Positions 7,878-16,316 of a stretch of DNA of 28,117 bases are shown one piece after another. The stretch is from a virus (Duplodnaviria > Caudoviricetes). The stretch covers positions 1-28,117 of IMG/VR virus record IMGVR_UViG_3300033067_001678; one strand, given 5' to 3'. The notes under the pieces are model-generated. The model made no database searches, was not told the DNA's origin, and worked only from the letters and a program-made list of their open reading frames with translations. The position numbers were made by a program, and so were the translations under genes. The stretch's first letter is position 1; every line of letters starts with the position of its first letter.

Positions 7878-8939
7878 ATGGAAGACAATGAAGAATCGGT
7901 TCAAGCGGAACCCGCTGAATCGTTACAGCCTAGCCCTGAAGGGGAAAGGTCAGAAGCAACGAAGTCGGATGGATGGGATGAGGCCTTAGAGGCTTTTGAA
8001 GATCCAACCGCAGAACCGAAAATAGAAGAAGAGAAGAAAGAAGGGCCGCCTAAGTCTCAACTTGAGCAAACCGACCCTTTAGGCCTCGAAACGCTGAGGA
8101 TCCCCCATAAGTACAAGGGAGAGGTTCAGAAGTACGTCGAGACGCTTTCGACTCAACACAAGCAAGAGGTGGAAGCCAGAAACGAAGAATTGGGAAAAGC
8201 ACGTGGTGCTTCAAAGGAATTGATCGACGTTCTCAAAGAAGTCGCTAAGAACCCGATGAAGCTCACGGAGTATGTGGTTAATTATGGCGAGCAAGTAGGT
8301 CTGGATCCCCAGGTTGTTCAGCAATATCGAAATTTAACTTCTCAAGACAACTCTCAAAGCAATCAAACTCAAGCTCAGGTCCCCGATGGGGTGGAAGCGA
8401 TCATTGATGGTTACGTTCAATCACTCATCACGACCGAAGATCCTCAACAGTTTGTGGGGTCTTTAAAGTCGATGATCGTTGACGCGCTCACATCGAACAA
8501 GTCGGAGATGGAGGCCACCGTAAAGCAGTGGCTCACCAACTACCACGAGCAAATCGTGAACCCAGATCTTGAGACGATTCGAGAGGGTAAGGCAAAGGCT
8601 GAATTCACTGCAAAGGTTAGCGCATGGAATGAGGCTAAAACGAACCTGTCTGAGAAGTACGACGATTTCGATAAGTACGCTGGAGCGATCCAAGACAAAC
8701 TCAAAAACGATCCAAAATGGGCGCGATTCAGAACCGCTTTGAACAAAGGCGAGGAAGGATTAACCCACGAAGGTGTTTTAGAGGATCTCTACAACCTACT
8801 TTCCAGAAATGACCACATTCAAGCACTGAAACCCCAAAAACCTAAAGTTTCCGGTCTTCCGCCAAACTCAAAACATATCACAACCAAGAAGGCCGGCGGA
8901 AATGATTGGGACGAAATTCAAGATGAGTTTTGGTCCTAA
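7878..8939 (+). CDS. Capsid scaffolding protein
   Basis: Acidic, Pro-rich N-terminus, helical coiled-coil body, short acidic C-terminal helix; GGAGG RBS; directly before the capsid gene. Confidence 0.7.
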   Translation: MEDNEESVQAEPAESLQPSPEGERSEATKSDGWDEALEAFEDPTAEPKIEEEKKEGPPKSQLEQTDPLGLETLRIPHKYKGEVQKYVETLSTQHKQEVEARNEELGKARGASKELIDVLKEVAKNPMKLTEYVVNYGEQVGLDPQVVQQYRNLTSQDNSQSNQTQAQVPDGVEAIIDGYVQSLITTEDPQQFVGSLKSMIVDALTSNKSEMEATVKQWLTNYHEQIVNPDLETIREGKAKAEFTAKVSAWNEAKTNLSEKYDDFDKYAGAIQDKLKNDPKWARFRTALNKGEEGLTHEGVLEDLYNLLSRNDHIQALKPQKPKVSGLPPNSKHITTKKAGGNDWDEIQDEFWS

Positions 8940-8970
8940 GCGTCACCGGTCTTCTTTCTAGGAGACCGCA

Positions 8971-9975
8971 ATGGGTACTTTAGCAGGAATTGGAATTCAG
9001 GAAACAAACGAGAGGCTGTCCGCTTCTCTATCGCGCTTTCAGCCGAAAATTGCGGACAATATTTTCAAACGTCAACCCACCCTTGAGTACTTCAAAAAAC
9101 AGAAAAAAACCTACAACGGCGGAACAGAAGTTAAAATCCGTTTCCGTTATACCAAAGGCGGAAAATCTGGGAGTGCCGGCGGAATCAAGGCGTTTCAATA
9201 CTACGACACCTTGAATTCAACTCCCACTGACACGATCAAAACGGGTCGTGTTTTGTGGAAAAACTTGGCCGTTCCTATCAGCATTTCTCATGAAGAGATG
9301 CGTGAAAATTCAGGCGGCAATCAGTTTGATCGATTAAAAGAGAAAACTGAAGAGGCCATGGATTTGCTATCTGAAGAGCAGAATGACGACATTTGGGGAG
9401 TCGGCGGAGCCGCCGGAGATCTCCTGATTGAGTCAATGACTTCCATCGTCAGCGGGTCCGATGCTGGAACCATCCACGGACTTTCTAAGGCGTCCAACAC
9501 CTGGCTTTACTCTCAGGAAGTCACATCTTCGGGCGATTTGGCTACAAACCTCATCAGCTCGATGAGATCGGGTCGTAACCTTTGCATCGAAAATGCTCCT
9601 AACAAACAGGATAAAGTTGATCTTTGGGTGACTGACCGATCGGTCTACGAAGGCTTTGAAGACCTTCATCCCACCTTCCTTCAATACGACTCAAACAAAA
9701 ACGTCGATCTTGGTTTTGAACAGATGATCTACACGGGCGTTCCTGTGCGGTTCGATAGTTCTTGCCCTCTCGATGCCTCCGGCAACCATCAGATGTTTGG
9801 CCTCATGAGCAAATATTGGGAGCTCGGTATCGATTCTGAGTGGAATTACAAGACCTACGCTTTCACTGATTTGATGCCAAAAGAGCCAGTCTCTTTGTCT
9901 CAATTGGTTCTCCGATGGTGCTTGATGAACAGCAACCCTCGAACCAACGTCCGAATCAGCGGGATCACGCTCTAA
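8971..9975 (+). CDS. Major capsid protein
   Basis: 334 aa after the scaffold; IADNIF..QPTL..F...KTYNGG, LGFEQMIYTGVPV.FD and SNPR motifs; GGAG RBS; terminator downstream. Confidence 0.85.
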   Translation: MGTLAGIGIQETNERLSASLSRFQPKIADNIFKRQPTLEYFKKQKKTYNGGTEVKIRFRYTKGGKSGSAGGIKAFQYYDTLNSTPTDTIKTGRVLWKNLAVPISISHEEMRENSGGNQFDRLKEKTEEAMDLLSEEQNDDIWGVGGAAGDLLIESMTSIVSGSDAGTIHGLSKASNTWLYSQEVTSSGDLATNLISSMRSGRNLCIENAPNKQDKVDLWVTDRSVYEGFEDLHPTFLQYDSNKNVDLGFEQMIYTGVPVRFDSSCPLDASGNHQMFGLMSKYWELGIDSEWNYKTYAFTDLMPKEPVSLSQLVLRWCLMNSNPRTNVRISGITL

Positions 9976-9999
9976 TCAAAATCAAAACTGAACACACAG

Positions 10000-10027
10000 A
10001 AGGGCCTCCAAACGGGGGCCCTTTTTT
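10000..10027 (+). terminator. Intrinsic terminator after the capsid gene
   Basis: AAGGGCCTCC-AAAC-GGGGGCCCTT plus T tract. Confidence 0.8.
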
Positions 10028-10042
10028 ATTTGGAGAACTTAA

Positions 10043-10831
10043 ATGAAAACTAATGAACAGGTTTTAGGCCTTTACGCGTCCTCAACGGACGGGGTGACAT
10101 TTGTCACCAGTGACAGCGACACTACTCGTCGCAATAGACCAGGCGAGCTCGCTTTTATTCAAGCCCGAGAGGGTTACCGAGTTTATCGGTACATGAAGGC
10201 TGAGGAAGCTTTCGCAATCGGTCAGGTTGCCATGGTTTCGGCAAACTATGACGATGCCGACGTTGATGCGGCTGCTGCAATCACTGAAAAAACTCTCACT
10301 GGACTCGGTGATTTTACCGCAAGCGAGTTTGGAGATGGGACTTTCCCCTCTGCTTACGCGCATATCAATGCGAATACGACCGGTTTTGGTCAGACTCGCT
10401 CCATTCTTCGCAATTCTGCAAACATTCTCACCCTTGATAAAAACTGGGATGTCGCTTTAACCGCGGCCTCTGACTATCTGACCTTTGACGTCAACTACGT
10501 TTCGCTTTGCGATACCGACGACGTTTCGGCCAGAGCTTCGAGCGTGTTCGGTGTGGCGATTTCCGCAATCGCTGACGAAAGCTGGGGCTGGTTTCAAGTG
10601 GGCGGATTCTGCCCAGTGGTTCGATGCGTAGGAACCACCGACGCTACCATTCGTGGCGCAATCGTTGTTCCTTCTTCCACGGCTGGGGCTTGCAAAGGCC
10701 CTACCGCGGGTGGAACCACCGCTGATGAAGCAGGTCTCGCCTTCGGTATTGCGCTTGCTGACTACTCTTCCGCCGACACGGCTGGTCGAGGCGTTCCTGT
10801 GCTTTTAAACTGCAAATATCTGTCAATCTAA
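10043..10831 (+). CDS. Putative capsid cement/decoration protein
   Basis: Follows the capsid gene; YRYMKA...GVAISAIA..SWGWFQVGG pattern; rich in Ala, Thr and Gly. Confidence 0.6.
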   Translation: MKTNEQVLGLYASSTDGVTFVTSDSDTTRRNRPGELAFIQAREGYRVYRYMKAEEAFAIGQVAMVSANYDDADVDAAAAITEKTLTGLGDFTASEFGDGTFPSAYAHINANTTGFGQTRSILRNSANILTLDKNWDVALTAASDYLTFDVNYVSLCDTDDVSARASSVFGVAISAIADESWGWFQVGGFCPVVRCVGTTDATIRGAIVVPSSTAGACKGPTAGGTTADEAGLAFGIALADYSSADTAGRGVPVLLNCKYLSI

Positions 10832-10837
10832 CGAATG

Positions 10838-10865
10838 AGGGCGGGGTAACTCCCGCCCTTTTTTT
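10838..10865 (+). terminator. Intrinsic terminator
   Basis: AGGGCGGG-GTAACT-CCCGCCCT plus T tract abutting the next ATG. Confidence 0.85.
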
Positions 10866-11819
10866 ATGATCACTCTCTCAACTTTTAAGACAGAATTCGC
10901 AAACTTTATGGTTAATCAGACGATCTCTAGTCGTCTGTCTGATTGGATCTACTGGGTGTTGATCGATATCGTTTCAACCAATGAATATTGGTGGAACAAG
11001 AAGACCGCCACCTTCACGACTGTTTCGGGAACCGCTCAGTATTATTTGAGCCACCGCGTGAACATGAAACAGATCAAGGGGATGTTTGATACTACGAACA
11101 ATGGGGAGATCACGGAAAGATCCCTTGAGTACATTTACACCACCGACCCGACGCCAACAGAGACGGGAACCTCCAAACACTGGGCTTATGTCGGACAGGC
11201 TGAGGTTCAAGGAGTCGCTGCGGCTGCGGCAATAGTAAAAGTCATTTCAACCAGTGCATTGGATGTGAATATTGCTGTCAGAGTAAGCGGGAAGGTGAAC
11301 GGGATTGAAAGAACTGAAAGCATCACTCTCAACGGGCTCACTTCGGTTGATGGGGTTCTTGTTTGGGATGCTGGGGAAATTTCCTCGATCACTGTGGCGT
11401 CTATTTGTGCCGGTGCTGTGACGGCAACTTCTTCAGGGACGACAATCGTTTCAATCCCTCCAGGATATTTAAGGGTTCAGTGTCCATTGATAAGGTTGTT
11501 TTTAGTGCCAGGGGGAGCGTACTCGATCACTTACCTGTTTTATCAAAGGGCACTCAAACCGGTTAACGATAGCGATATTATTGAAATTCCTGATGAGGCG
11601 TTCAAGGCTTTACGATTTGGAATTGAAGAGATCGGCCATCTCAACAACGGGGACATCGATTTTTCAATTCAGGCAAACAAAAAATATGAAATTGCCAAAA
11701 ACGATCTTTGGAAGTGGTCGAACAGAAACTTAAACCGAAACGAGATTAAGGACTATCGACCGAGCCCCCCCGTTTCTTTCAGGCTTCCGGACACGATCAA
11801 CTTCGTTCCTTCAGCATAA
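10866..11819 (+). CDS. Head-to-tail adaptor (podovirus connector)
   Basis: Position; TFTTVSGTAQYYL, IRLFLVP..YSITYLFY and DSDIIEIPD motifs with helical termini. Confidence 0.7.
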   Translation: MITLSTFKTEFANFMVNQTISSRLSDWIYWVLIDIVSTNEYWWNKKTATFTTVSGTAQYYLSHRVNMKQIKGMFDTTNNGEITERSLEYIYTTDPTPTETGTSKHWAYVGQAEVQGVAAAAAIVKVISTSALDVNIAVRVSGKVNGIERTESITLNGLTSVDGVLVWDAGEISSITVASICAGAVTATSSGTTIVSIPPGYLRVQCPLIRLFLVPGGAYSITYLFYQRALKPVNDSDIIEIPDEAFKALRFGIEEIGHLNNGDIDFSIQANKKYEIAKNDLWKWSNRNLNRNEIKDYRPSPPVSFRLPDTINFVPSA

Positions 11820-11821
11820 AA

Positions 11822-13336
11822 ATGGGAAGAGCTAAACTCCACTTAAATCGGGTTGAGCTTGCCGATTTTAGTAAGGGGTATTTCCCGAACAAAGATTTAG
11901 ATGAAGTTCCGGACGGGGGAAGCTCTGATTGTAAGCACGTTATTTGGTACAGGTCAGCACTCCGCAAAATGTTTGGGATGGATTTGATCAACGCCTCTCA
12001 GGTGGCCCAAACTCGAGGAAACGGGATCCATTTTTTAGATGTGAGCGGAGTTGCGAAGAGGGCGGCTGTATTTGGATCAAAGTTTTATGAGGATGTCAGC
12101 GGAACGTGGACGGATAGAACCGGAGCGGTCACGATTACAGACGGGGCTTCGAATCATACCCAATTTATTAATCACCAACTGAACGCAAACAAGTATTTGA
12201 TTGGAGTCAACGGTGTTGATGCTCCGTTTAAATGGACTGGAGCGGGAAACGCCGCTGTTTTGGGGGGTTCTCCTCCTATCTTCGAAAGCGTTGCGAAATA
12301 CCACCAAGCGATTTTTGGGAGCGTTAACGAGCTCGTTTACTTTAGCGATGTCGGTGATCCTGAAACTTACAACACCGGCTCGCACGTCATAAACTTCGAC
12401 AAAAACGTCAAAAGGCTCATTGATAATGGGCCGAAACTTGCCGTTTTGATGGAAGATCACATTGGATCGATTCAAGGATTCAGCTATCTCGATTACGCAA
12501 AAGAAGAAGTAGAAATCAAAAACGTCGGATGCATGGGCAGACTTGCCGCGACAAAGGCAGTCTTTGGGAAAGATAACGACGTCATAGCGACCATCTCTCG
12601 TGAAGGCGTGTGGATAATCGACCAAGCATTCGGCCAAGAAAAGATTTTAGGAGACGACTACTTTCAAGAGTTCAATCAGGCGAATTTAAGCAAGGCCGTT
12701 GCCGCGTATTCGAGCATCGATCACCTTTTGTACATTGCCGCACCTTATGGGGCTTCGACTGAAAACGATTATTTAATCGTTGTGGACATGATGACAGGGG
12801 CTTTTTGGCCGATGCCTTCGATCCACACAAATTCGATCAGGGCAATGTGTTCGGCTCGAGACGCGAATGGGGATGAGTACATCTACTTCATCGATTCAAA
12901 CGGGTACTCATTCAAATTCAATAAGGGCACCGTGAATTATCACACGGGAGCGGCCACCCAAGGAATTGACGCAAGATTTAAAACTAAAAAATACGACCTC
13001 AAAGATATTCACTCCATACGGCAGTTCGCAATGCTCGCTGAAGCGGTGGGAGATTGGGATGTCACCGTTGCAATCGGTTTTGGCCTCACTTCAAGCGATG
13101 GTGACACGGGAACGATTAACCTACAGGCAGAGGGTGACCTTTTAGGATCAAGTTTTGTTCTAGGGGCCTCTGTTTTGGCTGGGTCTGATTATGTGTTCAA
13201 TATTTTGTCGGATGTCGGAGGGTTTGGACGTTATCTGACGATCACCTTGAGCAATGACAACGTCGACGAATCTTTTAACGTAAAAAAGATGGAGCTTCAG
13301 TTAAGGCGTCGCCGAATGGGTGCAAATGATAAGTAA
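11822..13336 (+). CDS. Tail nozzle / DNA stabilisation protein (P22 gp10- or T7 gp12-like beta-propeller)
   Basis: 504 aa, beta-rich; NGVDAPFKW, VYFSDVGDPETY and KNVGC motifs; follows the adaptor. Confidence 0.75.
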   Translation: MGRAKLHLNRVELADFSKGYFPNKDLDEVPDGGSSDCKHVIWYRSALRKMFGMDLINASQVAQTRGNGIHFLDVSGVAKRAAVFGSKFYEDVSGTWTDRTGAVTITDGASNHTQFINHQLNANKYLIGVNGVDAPFKWTGAGNAAVLGGSPPIFESVAKYHQAIFGSVNELVYFSDVGDPETYNTGSHVINFDKNVKRLIDNGPKLAVLMEDHIGSIQGFSYLDYAKEEVEIKNVGCMGRLAATKAVFGKDNDVIATISREGVWIIDQAFGQEKILGDDYFQEFNQANLSKAVAAYSSIDHLLYIAAPYGASTENDYLIVVDMMTGAFWPMPSIHTNSIRAMCSARDANGDEYIYFIDSNGYSFKFNKGTVNYHTGAATQGIDARFKTKKYDLKDIHSIRQFAMLAEAVGDWDVTVAIGFGLTSSDGDTGTINLQAEGDLLGSSFVLGASVLAGSDYVFNILSDVGGFGRYLTITLSNDNVDESFNVKKMELQLRRRRMGANDK

Positions 13337-13817
13337 GCTGTCAGACGGAGAGCTCCCATTAAGATTGTGGGCTGATGAGGTCAGAGGGCAGTTTAACAAT
13401 TACATCCAGATTTTAGACATCCCCGTTTCTAAAAGCGGCATTGCTACAAACTACGTGAAGGGGAAGCATCCGGCGAAGAACCTTGTCGCGCTCGGAACGG
13501 CTTATTTTGGTTTTATTGTCCCTTATTCATTGAATCAGTTCAAAGAAGCTACAATCAGGTTTATTCCAAACACAACCGGATCATTCAACTACACGGTCAA
13601 CCTCGCTTATGGGGCAATCGGGGCGAGCTATTCGGCTACTACCAAGACAGTTACGGCGAGCAAGTCTGTCACTGACGGGTTGCTCACTGAAATAGACATC
13701 TCAAGCCTTTTTACCGACCAGAATACCAACGATCAAATCGGGTGCGAGCTCGTTGTGAACTCTCTCACAACGACTACCAGCCTCGACGTTTTGAGCCTCT
13801 ACGTAAAATACATTTAA
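13326..13817 (+). CDS. Putative tail structural protein
   Basis: ATG 13326 overlaps the end of the nozzle gene; beta-rich. Confidence 0.55.
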   Translation: MISKLSDGELPLRLWADEVRGQFNNYIQILDIPVSKSGIATNYVKGKHPAKNLVALGTAYFGFIVPYSLNQFKEATIRFIPNTTGSFNYTVNLAYGAIGASYSATTKTVTASKSVTDGLLTEIDISSLFTDQNTNDQIGCELVVNSLTTTTSLDVLSLYVKYI

Positions 13818-13826
13818 GGAGAAACC

Positions 13827-14114
13827 ATGGCACAAGAAGTTAACAAGTTTGCAAAGCAGGGTCTTTTGGGAGATCAGGCAAGGCCCGCTTACAAGGCCTA
13901 CTCGGTGACCCCAGATGATAGCAACGACTTAACCAATGGCCCGTGCCGTTCTTTGTGGGTCAATACTGGCGGCAATATTGTTTTAGTGGCGCGCGAAAAT
14001 GCCGACTCTGAAACAGTGACGATCACCGTTGCCGATAAGTCTTTGGTCCCCATTCAGGCGAGACGAGTTAAATCAACCAGTACAACTGCGACTGGGATTG
14101 TCGCTCTTTACTAA
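13827..14114 (+). CDS. Head-spike base protein (RcGTA Rcc01079-like)
   Basis: AYSVTPDDSNDL..CRSLWVNTGGNI...VPIQARRVKSTSTTATGIVALY matches the family pattern as I recall it; AAGGAG RBS. Confidence 0.8.
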   Translation: MAQEVNKFAKQGLLGDQARPAYKAYSVTPDDSNDLTNGPCRSLWVNTGGNIVLVARENADSETVTITVADKSLVPIQARRVKSTSTTATGIVALY

Positions 14115-14115
14115 T

Positions 14116-14856
14116 ATGCTCGGGATAGGTCTCGGATTAACCTCAGTTCGTCAGTTAAACACCTCATTCTCTCCGATTAATATCTCGGGGTGTGTTCTTT
14201 GGTTGCGTGCCGATCTTGGCGTGACCTTGAACACTACGACGGTTTCAGCATGGGCGGATCAGAGTGGGAATGGAAATAATTTTAGCCAGGGCACAGCCAA
14301 CAAACAACCAACGTTCACAGCTTCCGACGCGGCTATCAATAGTCAGCCGGTTTTAGATTTTGACGGCTCAAACGATGTTCTTGATGGGTCGTTCGCTGCG
14401 GGATTAACAGGGGCAAAAAACTGGTCTTTGATTTGCGTTTTTAAAGCCGACACTTTCGCAGCGGCAAGAGTAGCTGTTTCAGTGGGGACAATTACAACCG
14501 GTTATGGGATTGGTAATAATATTTCCGGAACCAGTAAACGAGAAATCAGTCACTACGGCGTTGCCAATATCCAAGACAGCGCATCGACATCGAGTTATGA
14601 AGTTTGGACCGTTACAAGAGACAACGCTGGATCGCCAAGCCTTACCATGAAAGTTAATGGTGCAACTCAGACGCTAGACGTGCCAACAGCGACAATGAAT
14701 ACTCCTGGGGTAACGGCAGCCATTGGCGCGAAATACACAGTCAGTTTTTTTGATGGGAAAATCGCCGAGGTTATTCTTTACAACGTTGATATTTCGTCAA
14801 GCCTTTCAAATCTTCATTCTTATTTATCCACGAGATACGGGATATCCATATCATGA
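14116..14856 (+). CDS. Head-spike fibre with LamG/concanavalin-like domain (Rcc01080-like N-terminus)
   Basis: ATG 1 bp after the spike-base stop; begins MLGIGLGL; LWLRAD..VSAWADQSGNGN and FDGKIAEVILYN..YLSTRYGI motifs. Confidence 0.75.
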   Translation: MLGIGLGLTSVRQLNTSFSPINISGCVLWLRADLGVTLNTTTVSAWADQSGNGNNFSQGTANKQPTFTASDAAINSQPVLDFDGSNDVLDGSFAAGLTGAKNWSLICVFKADTFAAARVAVSVGTITTGYGIGNNISGTSKREISHYGVANIQDSASTSSYEVWTVTRDNAGSPSLTMKVNGATQTLDVPTATMNTPGVTAAIGAKYTVSFFDGKIAEVILYNVDISSSLSNLHSYLSTRYGISIS

Positions 14857-15152
14857 TAGCAATTATTTTTAACTCAGAAGCCGAAGCAAATAGATTTCAA
14901 ACTCTTATAGATCAGGATCTAGGTTACCCAAAACACGGCATTTTAAGAAGCGGGGGAATTCATATTTCTTGTGATTGCAACTTGCCTGATTTCTCCATTG
15001 ATTGCCCAAACGTAACGAAAACATATTCTGAAGTGATTAAACACCCGACTCTTGATAAATGGGCTTATCCAATTGACGAGACGGTTCATAACTCAAGGGT
15101 CAATTTTGATGGGTCCCCTGAACCTTTAGATAGCGGGTGGGCCGTTGATTGA
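14853..15152 (+). CDS. Hypothetical protein, 99 aa
   Basis: ATGA overlap with the upstream gene; KHPTLDKWAYP motif; no family assigned. Confidence 0.6.
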   Translation: MIAIIFNSEAEANRFQTLIDQDLGYPKHGILRSGGIHISCDCNLPDFSIDCPNVTKTYSEVIKHPTLDKWAYPIDETVHNSRVNFDGSPEPLDSGWAVD

Positions 15153-16308
15153 GCACTTAGAGGGGAACGAGCCTTCCCCAACTTCTCCCTTTTCAAGCGG
15201 TGTCTACACGTCGGCAACAATCACGTATTCATCGACGGTTGATACAACCATCACAACTCTTTCGGGTAAATTTACTTACGACAGGGGAGTCAATACGGTT
15301 CTTCCCTCTGCAATGCCTATTTTGATTTTAATGCATGGTTACGCGGGAGACACTTCGTCATTTTTAACGGCAGACATGCAGCGTTTTGCATCCTACGGGT
15401 TTTTCACTCTCGCCGTGGGGATGAGAGGCAGAAATAGCGCGACAGGTAGCGCCGACGCCTCGGCTCGAGAGATTTATGATATCCTCGACGCGCTCACATA
15501 CGTCCGGTCAAATTATTCAGGTGTCGTCAGCTCTACCAAGGCCGTAATTGTAGGGTACTCAGGAGGCGGCGGAAACGCTTTGTCGTGTTTGGTCAAGTGC
15601 CCTGATTATTTTTCGAGCGTCATCTCTCTTTTTGGGATTTCGGATTATGGGTATCGGCCAACAACGGGTTGGTATGGGTATTATTCAGGGGCTCCCGCTC
15701 TTTTAGACGTCGATATTGGTGCGCGGGCTTCAGGAACCGACCCGTATCTAGCAAGGCTTTCAACAGCTGGAGTTTTAAAATCTCTCAGCATGGGCGGTTT
15801 TCTCGGGTTATTTCATGACGCAAGCGACAGCCTTGTGAGTGTTGAAATGAGCCGCCAGGTTGTGTCGGCTTTATCGTCTTTGACTTCAAAGTCGTATCAG
15901 TACAACGAAAGCACCAGTGCCAGCTCTGTGCGTTGGTTACACGGTCACCCAAACGATCACCCAACAGAGATGCAAACGGCGGAAAAAGTTTTTATCAAGC
16001 ATTGCCGAGATTCTTCTGTTTGGAGCATGCCTTCAAACGGGTCAATCCGTGTTAACGGATGGTTTAAGTCACGAAGTCAGGATTTTGAAATATGGTTAGG
16101 GGATGCTTCGTCTCCTAAAACGAACGGGACTGGTGGGAGAAACAAAGTTTCAGATGTCGATTATGACGCAACGAATGGAATTTTTGTTTTAACCCCAATC
16201 ACAACAACGGGGACGATGTATGTGACGGCACGAGTAGGGGCTTCAACGAAGTCAGTTACAATAACAGACGCGACAAAACCAACAGTCATAGAAATTTATT
16301 CCGTTTAG
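15145..16308 (+). CDS. Alpha/beta hydrolase (esterase or S9-peptidase-like)
   Basis: ILILMHGYAG oxyanion region, GYSGGG nucleophile elbow, FHDASDSLV Asp, HGH His. The TTG start is uncertain. Confidence 0.8.
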   Translation: MIEHLEGNEPSPTSPFSSGVYTSATITYSSTVDTTITTLSGKFTYDRGVNTVLPSAMPILILMHGYAGDTSSFLTADMQRFASYGFFTLAVGMRGRNSATGSADASAREIYDILDALTYVRSNYSGVVSSTKAVIVGYSGGGGNALSCLVKCPDYFSSVISLFGISDYGYRPTTGWYGYYSGAPALLDVDIGARASGTDPYLARLSTAGVLKSLSMGGFLGLFHDASDSLVSVEMSRQVVSALSSLTSKSYQYNESTSASSVRWLHGHPNDHPTEMQTAEKVFIKHCRDSSVWSMPSNGSIRVNGWFKSRSQDFEIWLGDASSPKTNGTGGRNKVSDVDYDATNGIFVLTPITTTGTMYVTARVGASTKSVTITDATKPTVIEIYSV

Positions 16309-16316
16309 AGGAAACC

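Noticed and set aside
7405-7989. 194-aa + strand ORF
   Set aside because: It overlaps two better genes out of frame and crosses terminator hairpins.
11019-11028. ACTGTTTCGG as a third operator copy
   Set aside because: Half-site only, inside coding sequence, and plausible by chance.
12077-12637. 186-aa antisense ORF, and similar ones at 3170-3619, 4504-4986 and 19122-19523
   Set aside because: They lie fully opposite well-supported genes and show no motifs.
13827-14856. Calling the whole region a gene transfer agent
   Set aside because: Only the spike pair is GTA-like; the P22-type portal, nozzle, ejection and lysis genes fit a podophage, not the RcGTA siphovirus-type cluster.
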